Part shown: one piece after another, positions 1-9,570 of the stretch
Numbering within the stretch: position 1 is the first letter of the stretch
How the letters are laid out: each line of letters opens with the position of its first letter
Source of the DNA: Candidatus Daviesbacteria bacterium GW2011_GWA1_41_61
GTDB taxonomy: Bacteria; Patescibacteriota; Microgenomatia; Daviesbacterales; UBA10151
Length of the DNA stretch: 64,000 nucleotides
NCBI GenBank assembly: GCA_000997385.1
Contig: LCBT01000001.1
Coordinates: 307,663-371,662 of the forward strand
Reading direction: 5' to 3'
Made by a program: the position numbers and the translations under genes
Notes under the pieces: model-generated
What the model saw: only the letters and a program-made list of their open reading frames with translations
Told to the model about the DNA's origin: nothing
The model's database searches: none

Positions 1-155
1 TTTAAGATGTCGATAACCATATGGATATAATTTATCAATTATATTTTTGGCTTCTATCTCTGTTAATTCGTCAACCTTTTCTTCTCCACCACGAACACGA
101 CAATAGATGCAATTTAAATTACATTTTTTAGTGATTTCCCAGTTAATGCTTAAAG
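1..155 (-). CDS. radical SAM protein, N-terminal fragment (gene runs off the window start)
   Basis: Minus-strand ATG at 153-155 gives MNNTLSINWEITKKCNLNCIYCRVRGGEEK..., which carries a CxxxCxxC radical SAM cluster motif. Not in the ORF track because fewer than 60 codons lie inside the window. Confidence 0.5.
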
Positions 156-157
156 TA

Positions 158-1507
158 TTATTCATTTGAGCGAAGTGTTATTGCGCGTGCTCCTAATAAT
201 TTTATTAGCATATTTTTTGTACCTACGGTGCTTAAAGATTTATCTTTTGCGTAACGTAATATTTCTTGAAAAGTATGCTTTCCATTTAATACTTCTTTCA
301 AGAGGAGAACAGATTGCAAATCAATAGAAATTGTTTGATGTCGAGTAATAAGTAGCTTATTTTTATGTGTAAGATTTAGTTTTGTGAATTTATCTGGACA
401 AATAATATCCTTTGCTTTTATTCTTGTTTTATGATCCTTATCTTTCTGCTTCGTCATAAACATTTGTAGTCTTTTTTGCCATTGAACCTTCGTTATTGGT
501 ATTTTTTTGTAATTTCTGACTGCATAATCAATACAGTATTTACCCTTTTGACTATTGTCCACTTTACAACCACCTAAGCACTTATTAAATAAAAAGCAGT
601 CTTTGCAAGGGACGATAACCCATGATTTATTTCGGAATTCATCAAGATTTTTATCCTTCCAAATCTCAATTAGATTATGTTTAAGAATATTTCCATATGA
701 AGTATCCGATTGGTTGCAGATTCTTACTTCTCCATCAGGGCTAATCACTAACAATGATACTCCAGCGCCACAATTAGCTAATAAGCCATACTCAGGTAAT
801 CTAGCATCAAGACAAAATGGAACTGCAGTACAAAAACCAATATGGAGCTTGGTTTTATCTTGAAGTCTAATAATTTGATCTATAATTTTTTTAAAATGAT
901 CTTTTGAAGGAACTAAATCAGTAAAATTTGCTACACCTAATCCTGCTGGCTCAAATTTGTTTATAGAATATTGATATATTCCCCATTCATTAGCTAAAAA
1001 GGCGATTTCTTCAAAATTATTATAATTTATTGAAGTTAATGTAAAATCTAAATTGACTTCAAACCCATTAGAAATATATTTTTTAATATTCTTGGTTATT
1101 TGTTCCCACTGGCATATTTGTTGAAGTTTGTCATGATATTTTTTCGTGCCATGAAGTGAAATATATATTGATGCCAAAGCGGGAGTTAAATCTTTAATAT
1201 AAATAATCCCGTTAGTTTGAATAGATACATTGGAATTTTTACTTAACTCGTTAATAATTTCATTTAAAAATTTACTCGGGAGAAGTGAAACTTCTCCACC
1301 AGTTAATTGAACATGAGGAATGTGGGATTTTGTAACTTGATGTACGATTTTCCTTAATTTTTTGTAATTTGGAGGATTATTCCTATTAGGGTTGTAGCAA
1401 AATGAACAGTGAGCATTGCAATTATATGAAGTTTCAATTTGTACAAAATGCGGAATCTCTTCGAAAGGAATTTTTTCCATAATTTTATTAGCACAATTAT
1501 TCATCAT
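158..1507 (-). CDS. radical SAM/SPASM-domain protein (RiPP maturase-like) with a C-terminal extension of about 115 aa
   Basis: N-terminal CNAHCSFC (CxxxCxxC) motif and a C-terminal SPASM-type CKDCFLFNKCLGGC motif. 449 aa. Confidence 0.8.
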   Translation of the reverse strand: MMNNCANKIMEKIPFEEIPHFVQIETSYNCNAHCSFCYNPNRNNPPNYKKLRKIVHQVTKSHIPHVQLTGGEVSLLPSKFLNEIINELSKNSNVSIQTNGIIYIKDLTPALASIYISLHGTKKYHDKLQQICQWEQITKNIKKYISNGFEVNLDFTLTSINYNNFEEIAFLANEWGIYQYSINKFEPAGLGVANFTDLVPSKDHFKKIIDQIIRLQDKTKLHIGFCTAVPFCLDARLPEYGLLANCGAGVSLLVISPDGEVRICNQSDTSYGNILKHNLIEIWKDKNLDEFRNKSWVIVPCKDCFLFNKCLGGCKVDNSQKGKYCIDYAVRNYKKIPITKVQWQKRLQMFMTKQKDKDHKTRIKAKDIICPDKFTKLNLTHKNKLLITRHQTISIDLQSVLLLKEVLNGKHTFQEILRYAKDKSLSTVGTKNMLIKLLGARAITLRSNE

Positions 1508-2905
1508 AACGATGAATCACAAATTGACTTGGATTATAATCAATCCCGCCCTCCCCAATAATATCTCTAAAAACTTTTTCGATGTATTTTACTGATTCTT
1601 TTGGATTTACTTCGAAAGTATTATCTTTATATATTGAGGATCTAGTATCATCCCATTGATCAAAACGCTCTAATAATTCTGGTTTAATCAGACTATGTGT
1701 TCTTGTATATAATTCTGTGCCTGGAAAAGGAATTAATACAGATAATCCAATATAAGACGGTTTTACTTGACAAACAAAAGCTGCGATTGCTTCAATATCT
1801 TCTTTTGTTTCAGTTGGTACACCAACCATAAAAAAACATCCTGGCTTCATGCCTACTTCTCTTGCCCAAGTCATTGCTTGAGTCGCTTGATCTATACTAA
1901 TGTTTTTACCTAAATAAGTTAATAACTTTTCAGTTGCAGCTTCAATGCCAAAATAGATTTCTTTACAACCAGAATCGTACATGGTTTTTAATAATTCAGG
2001 ATCAACAGTGTTAACTCTTGCTTGACATGACCATGATACCTCTAGACCCTTAGACTGAATTTCTTGGCATAATCCAAGCATGACATCTCTCTGAGTTGAC
2101 AAATTGTCATCAAAAAAAATATATCTTCTACTAAATTATAGTCTGAAGTAATTCTCTCCATCTCATTTACAATTCTTGTAGGAGAATTGTGTCGAAATTT
2201 ACGACCAAAAATTGTTTTATCACAAAAAACACATGCGTATGGACAACCTCTTGATGGAAAAATTGATATTGATCCCATCCCACCGTTTTTTTTCCAAAGC
2301 TCAATGTATCGACTCGCATCAATTGCCTCTAAATCAGGAAATGGAAGAGTATCTAAATCTTGAATTTGTGCTCGTGGGGGATTTATTTTTATCTGATCTT
2401 TGGTAAAAAGTACTGTACCCTGTATATCATCAAATATGTATTGAGGTTTAAGCAACTCTTTGCTTCGGTTATCAGAACCTAAAAAGCGTTTCATAATATT
2501 AGCCCATGTTAATTCTCCCTCACCTTGGCAAACAAGATCAACAGAATTACCAGTATAACTATAGAATTGTTCAGGTGATAAACAATTCGGACCAGCACCT
2601 CCAAAAACTACAGTTGACCAAGGATTTGATGCTTTTATTTTCTTTGCTAACGCAACAGAATCTGGAAGTTGCATTAGCGTAGCCGATATCCCAACTAATT
2701 GTGGGCCTTTTTTATCAAGTAAGTTTGCAATTTTTTCTGGGAATTCGGAAAATTGACTATCAATTACATTTATTCCAATTCCGTTTTGTATTCCAATGGC
2801 AGAAAGATATGCTATACCCAATGGAGGATATGGAATGCCACTATGCATCCATTTAGCTGGAGGTGAAATTAGATGAATAGTACTTAATTCTCGTTCTGAT
2901 GTCAT
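1497..2905 (-). CDS. B12-binding radical SAM protein, interrupted by a -1 frameshift (two ORFs, 2042..2905 and 1497..2102)
   Basis: The N-terminal ORF has a B12-binding Rossmann-like segment (VGISATLMQ...VVFGGAGPN) and RGCPYACVFCD. The downstream ORF continues the radical SAM core (SWSCQARVNTV...GCKEIYFGIE). Adding one A to the A8 run at 2113-2120 restores DIFFFDDNLSTQRDVMLG in one frame. Confidence 0.75.
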
Positions 2906-3028
2906 ATTATTATATACAGTTTTTCTTACATAATGGGCATAAATTTATAGTAAATGTTATAATTCAGCGTATTATAACAAATAATTGATTTAAAACATTG
3001 ATTAAGGCTATAAGATATAAAATTTCAT

Positions 3029-3727
3029 ATGTTATGGGGTGTGCTTACTAAGGCTGATTTTACAAAAGAGGTTAAAGAAAAAACTGTCATTATTCCAATT
3101 GGTGCAATTGAGGCACATGGAAATCATTTACCTGTAAATACAGATTCCTGTATAGTTGAATACCTAGCCGAGAAAATTGCCAAACATACTGGTTGTATTG
3201 TGGTTCCTACAATCTATTATGGACCTTGCGAAACCATGCTATCATTTGCTGGAACTATAACTATTTCTGAGAAAATTAGCTATAAAATTATTGAAGAAAT
3301 TATAAAATCTATTATTTGCCAGGGATTTAAGCAAATTTACATTTTGAATGGACATGGTGGGAATAATGAATTTTTGGCAAGAATTGCTAATAAATACTCA
3401 AAAAAGCTCAATGTTAAGACAAAAAACTGGTATGATTTGGAAATTATTAATAAACTCAAACAAGAGAATACTAGTTATTGTGGAGATCATGCAGATAGAT
3501 TAGAAACTGAAATTATGTTGGCAATAGATAAACAGAAAGTCAGAATGGAACTGGCAGTTGATGATATGCCTAATTGGCCAGAAAACACTGAAATGTTGAC
3601 AGATTATAGTAAAATAATGACATATGCAGTTGAAGGATATCCTTCAAAATCAACTCTGAAAAATGGAAAATTACTATTACCTAAAGTAATAAAAAGTTTA
3701 TGTGAAGATATTGGTAATTTTCTATAA
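3029..3727 (+). CDS. creatininase (creatinine amidohydrolase) family protein, MftE-like
   Basis: IGAIEAHGNHLPVNTD motif typical of the creatininase fold. 232 aa. Divergent from the radical SAM genes. Confidence 0.75.
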   Translation: MLWGVLTKADFTKEVKEKTVIIPIGAIEAHGNHLPVNTDSCIVEYLAEKIAKHTGCIVVPTIYYGPCETMLSFAGTITISEKISYKIIEEIIKSIICQGFKQIYILNGHGGNNEFLARIANKYSKKLNVKTKNWYDLEIINKLKQENTSYCGDHADRLETEIMLAIDKQKVRMELAVDDMPNWPENTEMLTDYSKIMTYAVEGYPSKSTLKNGKLLLPKVIKSLCEDIGNFL

Positions 3728-4076
3728 TATGACTAAGGAGCGTTTAGAAAATATGGATGATAAAGACAGAAAAAATTTCTTAGTTCCAGAACAGGAACCA
3801 TATATTTGTGGCAATTGCGGTATTGAAATTATGGGAGGAAGATACAATAATCATTGCCCACAATGTCTTTGGAGCAAGCACGTTGATGATAAAATTCCAG
3901 GAGATAGAAGCTCTGACTGTCAGGGGATGATGAAACCAGTTGGAGTTTTTCAGAAAAAGGGTAAATGGAGAATCAAACAAGAATGTACAAAATGTGAGCA
4001 TACTTTTATTATTGATAGCTCTCCAGAAGATGATTTTAGCATCATTATTGAACTCTCAAAAACCCCTTTACGTTAA
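3702..4076 (+). CDS. RNHCP-domain zinc-ribbon protein
   Basis: CGNCG...RYNNHCPQC...CTKCEH cysteine pairs including the RNHCP signature. The start is uncertain: an ATG at 3753 has an AAGGAG site upstream. Confidence 0.5.
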   Translation: MKILVIFYNMTKERLENMDDKDRKNFLVPEQEPYICGNCGIEIMGGRYNNHCPQCLWSKHVDDKIPGDRSSDCQGMMKPVGVFQKKGKWRIKQECTKCEHTFIIDSSPEDDFSIIIELSKTPLR

Positions 4077-4551
4077 GAATTAAAGATTTGTCACTAAAAA
4101 GACAAAGGATTCTAAATTTACTGGTTGATATAGCTTAACACCCTATAATTAGAGTTTGCAGATCGTAAAATACCCTGCGGCAGAGACCACAGGGAGTCTC
4201 TCATCCTTGAAAAAGTTTAAATTATCTCGCAAGTATTGCACCAAAACAGGCGTAAGATTACTTTTTGGGAGTTTAATATGGTTATTTACTATTATTGTTA
4301 AACCACGCAAAAGGAATATCTAAAAAATACCGAAAAACTCCAAAAAAGATTTCAACGCTTAGCAGTCAAAATAGAGAAAGAGGTGGAGAGAGATATAAAA
4401 GGATCGCGATAAAAAGTTCATGTATGATCCTTCGAATTTGCTCACCATACAAGGTTAAAAGCCAACTAACCCCAGGGGTTGGAACCCTTATTACCCTCCG
4501 GGTGTGAAATGCGTAGTTGCCCAGAGCCAGCAATATCTTGTGGTTACCTTC

Positions 4552-4935
4552 TTAACTATTCCCCTTTTGAGATGTAAAGGCGTTAATGCTTAAATACAAA
4601 GCAATACCAAGTGGTGCTGCATGCTCTATAGCATCCAAAAGTCCACTAATATTCATACTACTTAGCAAGAGTATGATAACTGTACCTATCCAAATGACTG
4701 CCCAAGTATTAATAAGTTTAGGTAATACTCGAAAAGCGATAAATATACCAATAATTGCATCATGTATACCTATCAGCTGAATTGGAACTTTATCTAGTAT
4801 GTTTTTAAAAATTACTGAATTAGCAATTACATCGCTGATTTCATCTGGAGAGATAAATGCTTTAACCGCCATGGCCACAAAAGTCAATGCAAGCCCCAGA
4901 CTAAGAATGTAGATATGCCACCTTTGCATATTCAT
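4552..4935 (-). CDS. small integral membrane protein, function unknown
   Basis: 127 aa with several hydrophobic helices and no recognisable family. Confidence 0.45.
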   Translation of the reverse strand: MNMQRWHIYILSLGLALTFVAMAVKAFISPDEISDVIANSVIFKNILDKVPIQLIGIHDAIIGIFIAFRVLPKLINTWAVIWIGTVIILLLSSMNISGLLDAIEHAAPLGIALYLSINAFTSQKGNS

Positions 4936-5095
4936 GTTTAGTTGATTTTTAAGCCACCTACTTTAATATTAGTAATAAGTTCCCACAGAGTCAACCCAGA
5001 TTAAATCGGAGCCAACCAGTGCCAGCAAGCTGGGCCAAGCAAAACTGACTAAGGTTAACACTTAAAATTAGAAACTGTGGTATAATACACAAGCA

Positions 5096-5365
5096 TTGAA
5101 TAACACCACCACCATCTCCGCTTCTTTAAAATGCAACCAGTGTGGCTGTGAACTCATTCTCCAAAAAACCGGTATCAGAAATACTCAAAATTGCTTCTTC
5201 CCTACCACAGTTATTACCTACCGCTGTTCTAATAAATCCTGTCAGGAGGAAATAGATAAGAAAACTGTTAAAAGAATCGAATTAAGACATGAGCAAGAAC
5301 TAGCCAGACAAAAACGTTTGGAAAATATGACCAATAGAAAGTATAATCAACCAAAAACTGTCTAA
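5096..5365 (+). CDS. small zinc-ribbon protein, hypothetical
   Basis: CNQCGC ... CSNKSC cysteine pairs and a basic C-terminus. Followed by a terminator. Confidence 0.4.
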   Translation: MNNTTTISASLKCNQCGCELILQKTGIRNTQNCFFPTTVITYRCSNKSCQEEIDKKTVKRIELRHEQELARQKRLENMTNRKYNQPKTV

Positions 5366-5397
5366 AAGGGCACCGGTTTACACCGATGCCCTTTTTT
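5364..5397. terminator. bidirectional rho-independent terminator
   Basis: AAAAGGGCA-ccggtttacaccga-TGCCCTTTTTT lies between the convergent genes ending at 5365 (+) and 5400 (-). Confidence 0.6.
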
Positions 5398-5399
5398 AA

Positions 5400-5744
5400 T
5401 TAATGACCTCGGCGGTTACCTCGGAAATTCCTATTAGAAGAAAAACTTGGTTTGTTATCTCTTCGATCAAACCCTCTTGAGAAATTCTCATCTCTTGGTT
5501 CTCTTGGCCTGGCCTCATTAACCACAATAGCCCGGCCGTCTAATGTCTGGCCGTTAAGCTGTTGTATTGCCTTCTGTGCTGCTTCATCATCCATTTCTAC
5601 AAACCCGAAACCTCTTGATCTACCGGTAAATTTATCATTTACGACGGTTGCTGATAAAACTTGTCCCACTTGAGAGAAAAAATCTTTTAATGATTGGTCG
5701 GTGGTATCCCACGAAAGTCCACCTATAAATAGTTTTTTAGTCAT
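5400..5744 (-). CDS. RNA-binding protein with RRM domain and an Arg/Gly-rich tail
   Basis: RNP-2-like KLFIGGLSW and RNP-1 RGFGFVEM motifs. 114 aa. Confidence 0.85.
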   Translation of the reverse strand: MTKKLFIGGLSWDTTDQSLKDFFSQVGQVLSATVVNDKFTGRSRGFGFVEMDDEAAQKAIQQLNGQTLDGRAIVVNEARPREPRDENFSRGFDRRDNKPSFSSNRNFRGNRRGH

Positions 5745-5932
5745 ACAGTTATCACCTCCAATTTATTCACGATCTCTGGCAAACTGTATAACTAACACTA
5801 TTTAAGAAGAAGGATAACTTTTCTTGCTAATAAGTTATATTAATACTAGTTACAAAAAGAGTAGTGAATTCTTATCCAAGTATATCATACTAATGCATTT
5901 CAAGCAACTAACCCGTAGTAAATTCGGGCATA

Positions 5933-7351
5933 TTAATTAAATAGACTGATTTGGCTCTTTTTTATAATTTTTGTAATAGCTTCATCTTCTACTTCTAAAA
6001 AATTGGGGTGTTCTAATAAAGTTTTAAATCTGGAAACCTGATTTGGTTTCTTTTGGCGTTTTTTAGCATACAATAAATACAGCTCTTCCTTAGCCCGGGT
6101 CATAGCAACATAAAGCAAACGTTTCTCTTCCTCTAAATCTGCCTCATTCTTTATGTAGGGAATCAAGCCTTCTTCAAAACCGCAGATAAAAACAAATTTA
6201 AACTCTAACCCTTTGGCAGCATGCATGCTTAATAGTTTGATATGGTCTCCTTCTACAGGTGTATCTTCTTTAACAATCTGATAGGGCATCCCTGATTCCT
6301 CAAACTGCTTTCTTAAAACACCGCTTAGATGATGAGCCCGAAAAACTACGGCAAAATCAGAAAAATTTACCTGGGTTACCAGATGTTGAGCCTTAAGTAA
6401 ATCAGTTCCTCCGATTTTGTCACTGATAAATCTGATAACCCAGTCTGCCTCGGAGTATTCATTTAAAGTCTTAACTAAAGACACTTTTCCACCTTTCTTT
6501 GAGGCAGGTTGTAGAGTTAAAGACTGAGGAAACAACAAATTACTTATTTGTACAACATTGCTGTGACTGCGGTAATTAATACCTAAAGTTTCTTCACAAA
6601 CTGCTGAAAAATCATCTTTTAAAGTCTTAAAAACCTCGGCACTGGCTCCCCGAAAGCCGTATATTGACTGAAAAGGATCGCCAATTACAAAAAGATTAGG
6701 ACTATCCTTTAAAATCATTTTAATAATTTGATATTGCAAATCATTAGTATCTTGAAACTCATCTATCAAAATATATTGATAAAGATTTTTTAGTTGCCGT
6801 CTCTTATCATTTTTCTCTTCTAAGCTCTTGTACATTTGCATTAACAGATCATCAAAATCTAGAAGTTGTTGCTGATTCAATGCCTTATTGTAATCTACAA
6901 TAAGTCTCTCCATCTCTGAATCTTTTTTAGAAGGGTTAGTCGTACTTTTATGTTGAGAAATAATTACAGACAAAGCGCGGGGGGATATCTTAACTTTACT
7001 TTTTCCAGCAACCTTTTTTAAAAGAGTCTCCTGATCTTCTTCAGAGATAATCTTAATCTCCCCAACTAAACCAGTTAAAAAATTAAAGGCCAAACCATGG
7101 AAAGTGGTTATTGTTGGCAAGTTACTTCCCAATATTAGGTTTAATCTCTCCTTCATCTCTAAAGCTGCCCGTTGGGTAAAAGTAAGAGTTAGAATATTTG
7201 CTGGGTTAATATGCTTTTCTAATATTAAATATGCCACCCTGCTTATTAAAGTTTTCGTCTTACCGGTTCCTGGGCCAGCCTTAACCATGACTACTCCGTC
7301 ACCTTGTTCTACAATCTTCCGTTGCTGATCATTTAAATCCAGAAAATCCAT
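5933..7351 (-). CDS. UvrD/PcrA-family DNA helicase (compact, 472 aa)
   Basis: Walker A GPGTGKTKTL, a DEFQD-like box (LIDEFQDTN) and motif VI LYVAMTRAKEEL. Confidence 0.8.
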   Translation of the reverse strand: MDFLDLNDQQRKIVEQGDGVVMVKAGPGTGKTKTLISRVAYLILEKHINPANILTLTFTQRAALEMKERLNLILGSNLPTITTFHGLAFNFLTGLVGEIKIISEEDQETLLKKVAGKSKVKISPRALSVIISQHKSTTNPSKKDSEMERLIVDYNKALNQQQLLDFDDLLMQMYKSLEEKNDKRRQLKNLYQYILIDEFQDTNDLQYQIIKMILKDSPNLFVIGDPFQSIYGFRGASAEVFKTLKDDFSAVCEETLGINYRSHSNVVQISNLLFPQSLTLQPASKKGGKVSLVKTLNEYSEADWVIRFISDKIGGTDLLKAQHLVTQVNFSDFAVVFRAHHLSGVLRKQFEESGMPYQIVKEDTPVEGDHIKLLSMHAAKGLEFKFVFICGFEEGLIPYIKNEADLEEEKRLLYVAMTRAKEELYLLYAKKRQKKPNQVSRFKTLLEHPNFLEVEDEAITKIIKKSQISLFN

Positions 7352-7357
7352 AATTTT

Positions 7358-8647
7358 TTATAGTAGGCTCATTTGTCCTGATAACTTTTTCCTCTCCTCT
7401 TTATCTTGGAAAATCTTTATAGTTCCATATACTCCGTCATAGCCTGGCTCAATAACAACCTGCCCTTTTCTCATCTTATCAATAGCAAAGGAAAGATCAT
7501 CAAACCCGGCCTTTTTTATGGCATCAATAGAAAGTCTTCTTAAAATATTAAACTCATTGCCCAATATTGAATAAACTTTTTCATAAAGCCCCAAAACAGG
7601 TTTGGAGCTGACCCCAGTACCTTTTACTTCAGCAATAATTTCAACTAAGGGAATAATATATTCTACTAATTTATCATTTGGGGGTTTGTAATCTGTGGGG
7701 TGATTAGCTAGATCATCCACCCGATGATCTACTCCCACTGTTACTGGTTTATGACAAACCGGACAGATTCCCTGATGTTGTTTAGTTTCTTGAGGAGAAA
7801 AACGGACATGATGATCCCTATGACCATCATAGTGATATTTACCTTCCTGAGGGAAAAACTCAATGGTCCCTACCACTCTTTGGTCATTGGTTTTTATACC
7901 TTGGACAATATCAAAGTAATCCAGCTTGGAATCTATCACTGTAGCCTCGCGTCCAAGTTTTGAAGGGGAATGGGCATCGGAGTTAGAGATAATGGCAACT
8001 TTTTGTAACTGGTCAAGCCGCCAATTCATAAAAGGATCCGAAGAAAGACCTGTTTCAATAGCCTTAATTTCCAAAGACAACTCTTCAAAAGCCTCTTGGA
8101 TAGAATCAAATCCAGAGTTGGAGCCAAACAAGGCAAAATAGGGTGTCCAAATATGGGCTGGAATGAATAAAATATTTGGGTCAGTTTCCAGGCAAATTTT
8201 TAGTAACTCTTTACTATCAAGACCCAATATAGGCCTGCCATCAGCTTTTAAATTACCGATATGGGACAATCTTTCACCAACTGCCGACACAACTTCAAGA
8301 GTTGGAGCCACTATTAGATTATGGAGTTTTCTGACTTTGCCATATTTACTATAAATATTGCTGATCTCCACAGTTAAAATAAAGCGTATCGCCTGACCTT
8401 GAATAGATTGGGGAAGGCTAGCATCAACTTCTAAAGCATATTTTTCTTTTAGTCTAAAAAGTCCTGGCTCTGCCGGCTCTAATTTTTCCTGAAGTTCTAA
8501 ATACCAGCTTGGATGAGTAAAATCCCCGGTGCCGATAATACTGATTCCTTTAATCTTTCCCCATTTATATAAACCCTCTAATGTAGAGTCACGGCTTGTA
8601 GCTCGGGAGTAATGAGAATGAGTATGCAGGTCAACAATTAATTCCAT
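7358..8647 (-). CDS. PHP-domain nuclease, endonuclease Q (EndoQ)-like
   Basis: N-terminal DLHTHSHYSRATS PHP motif, a Zn-ribbon-like CPVCH with flanking His residues, and about 430 aa as in EndoQ-family proteins. Six nucleotides upstream of the helicase gene. Confidence 0.55.
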   Translation of the reverse strand: MELIVDLHTHSHYSRATSRDSTLEGLYKWGKIKGISIIGTGDFTHPSWYLELQEKLEPAEPGLFRLKEKYALEVDASLPQSIQGQAIRFILTVEISNIYSKYGKVRKLHNLIVAPTLEVVSAVGERLSHIGNLKADGRPILGLDSKELLKICLETDPNILFIPAHIWTPYFALFGSNSGFDSIQEAFEELSLEIKAIETGLSSDPFMNWRLDQLQKVAIISNSDAHSPSKLGREATVIDSKLDYFDIVQGIKTNDQRVVGTIEFFPQEGKYHYDGHRDHHVRFSPQETKQHQGICPVCHKPVTVGVDHRVDDLANHPTDYKPPNDKLVEYIIPLVEIIAEVKGTGVSSKPVLGLYEKVYSILGNEFNILRRLSIDAIKKAGFDDLSFAIDKMRKGQVVIEPGYDGVYGTIKIFQDKEERKKLSGQMSLL

Positions 8648-8746
8648 TTAATAATTATACCCTGAAACTTTCCACTTTTTCACACCTTCTCCAGCATCAG
8701 ACGTAGCAACTTGTTTCTAACATTACCTCCTGCTATTATTTAAGGA

Positions 8747-9085
8747 ATGAAGGTTTTGATCAACTGGCTAATAAGCACCTTAGTCATTATTATTGCTGCC
8801 TATCTTCTACCGGGGGTTAAAGTTCAAGATCTGGCCACAGCCTTAGTAGCAGCTTTAGTTATCGGAGTAATTAACGCCTTTATCAGACCTATCTTAATCT
8901 TATTGACCTTACCAATTAACATTCTCACCTTAGGACTTTTTACTTTAGTTTTAAATGCTCTGTTAATCCAGTTGGCTAGCTCTATTGTAGCAGGATTTAC
9001 CGTAGACAATTTTTTGTGGGCTTTAATTTTTAGTGTTGTTTTATCAGTAATAAATTCACTTTTGCATCAGTTGTTTAGAAGTTAG
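8747..9085 (+). CDS. phage-holin-like / DUF360 (YvlD) family membrane protein
   Basis: 112 aa with three to four hydrophobic helices. LPGVKV...LVIGVINAFIRPIL resembles the YvlD/DUF360 family. Confidence 0.55.
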   Translation: MKVLINWLISTLVIIIAAYLLPGVKVQDLATALVAALVIGVINAFIRPILILLTLPINILTLGLFTLVLNALLIQLASSIVAGFTVDNFLWALIFSVVLSVINSLLHQLFRS

Positions 9086-9180
9086 TTTTTAATTTTTTTA
9101 CTTTTTTGAACTCTTTGTTTTCCTTGTTAATCCTCTCTTCTAGGATCTCCCACCAAACATCTCATCCTCATTATCAGAAG

Positions 9181-9378
9181 TCAGGATTTTTTTAAGATAG
9201 GCAAACCAGTCCGCTCATTTTCTACCACTTTAAACCCTGCTGGAACATTATCTAAAGAACCAGATCCAGCCTCCTTGGCAAAATAGTAGATGGTCTGGTT
9301 ACGACCGCTACGTAGTTTTACCTCTTTGGAATGCAGATAATAATCCACACCCTTTTTATTGGTATGTTTGTAGGCCAT
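9181..9378 (-). CDS. small basic hypothetical protein (65 aa)
   Basis: MAYKHTNKKGVDYY... preceded by an AAGGA ribosome-binding site. The ORF-track start at 9483 is probably too early. Confidence 0.4.
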   Translation of the reverse strand: MAYKHTNKKGVDYYLHSKEVKLRSGRNQTIYYFAKEAGSGSLDNVPAGFKVVENERTGLPILKKS

Positions 9379-9570
9379 TTTCCATCCTTTCTTTAAATTT
9401 TCTAGATTTAATCTTAATCTTAGTACTTGAGAAAATAACAATAGCTTTGTAAGAATATGGTAAGGAGAAAAACTCCCTTTCATGAAAGGTTGCCTTAATA
9501 TAAAAAACCTTTTAAAAATATGTAAGAGGAGGGTTGTGATTATTAATTATAATTGGTATAATTGTTTTGT

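Noticed and set aside
555-863. Plus-strand ORFs (555..863, 2212..2406) overlapping the radical SAM genes
   Set aside because: They are antisense to strongly supported radical SAM coding sequence and have no motifs.
4295-4507. 70-aa basic ORF (TTG start) in the 4080-4550 gap
   Set aside because: No ribosome-binding site, and composition typical of AT-rich non-coding DNA read in frame. Kept only as part of the non-coding gap finding.
4440-4520. tRNA-like segment GGGTTCCAACCCC on the minus strand
   Set aside because: The would-be T-loop is TTCCAAC, which is non-canonical at position 57, and no acceptor or D-arm pairing could be built.
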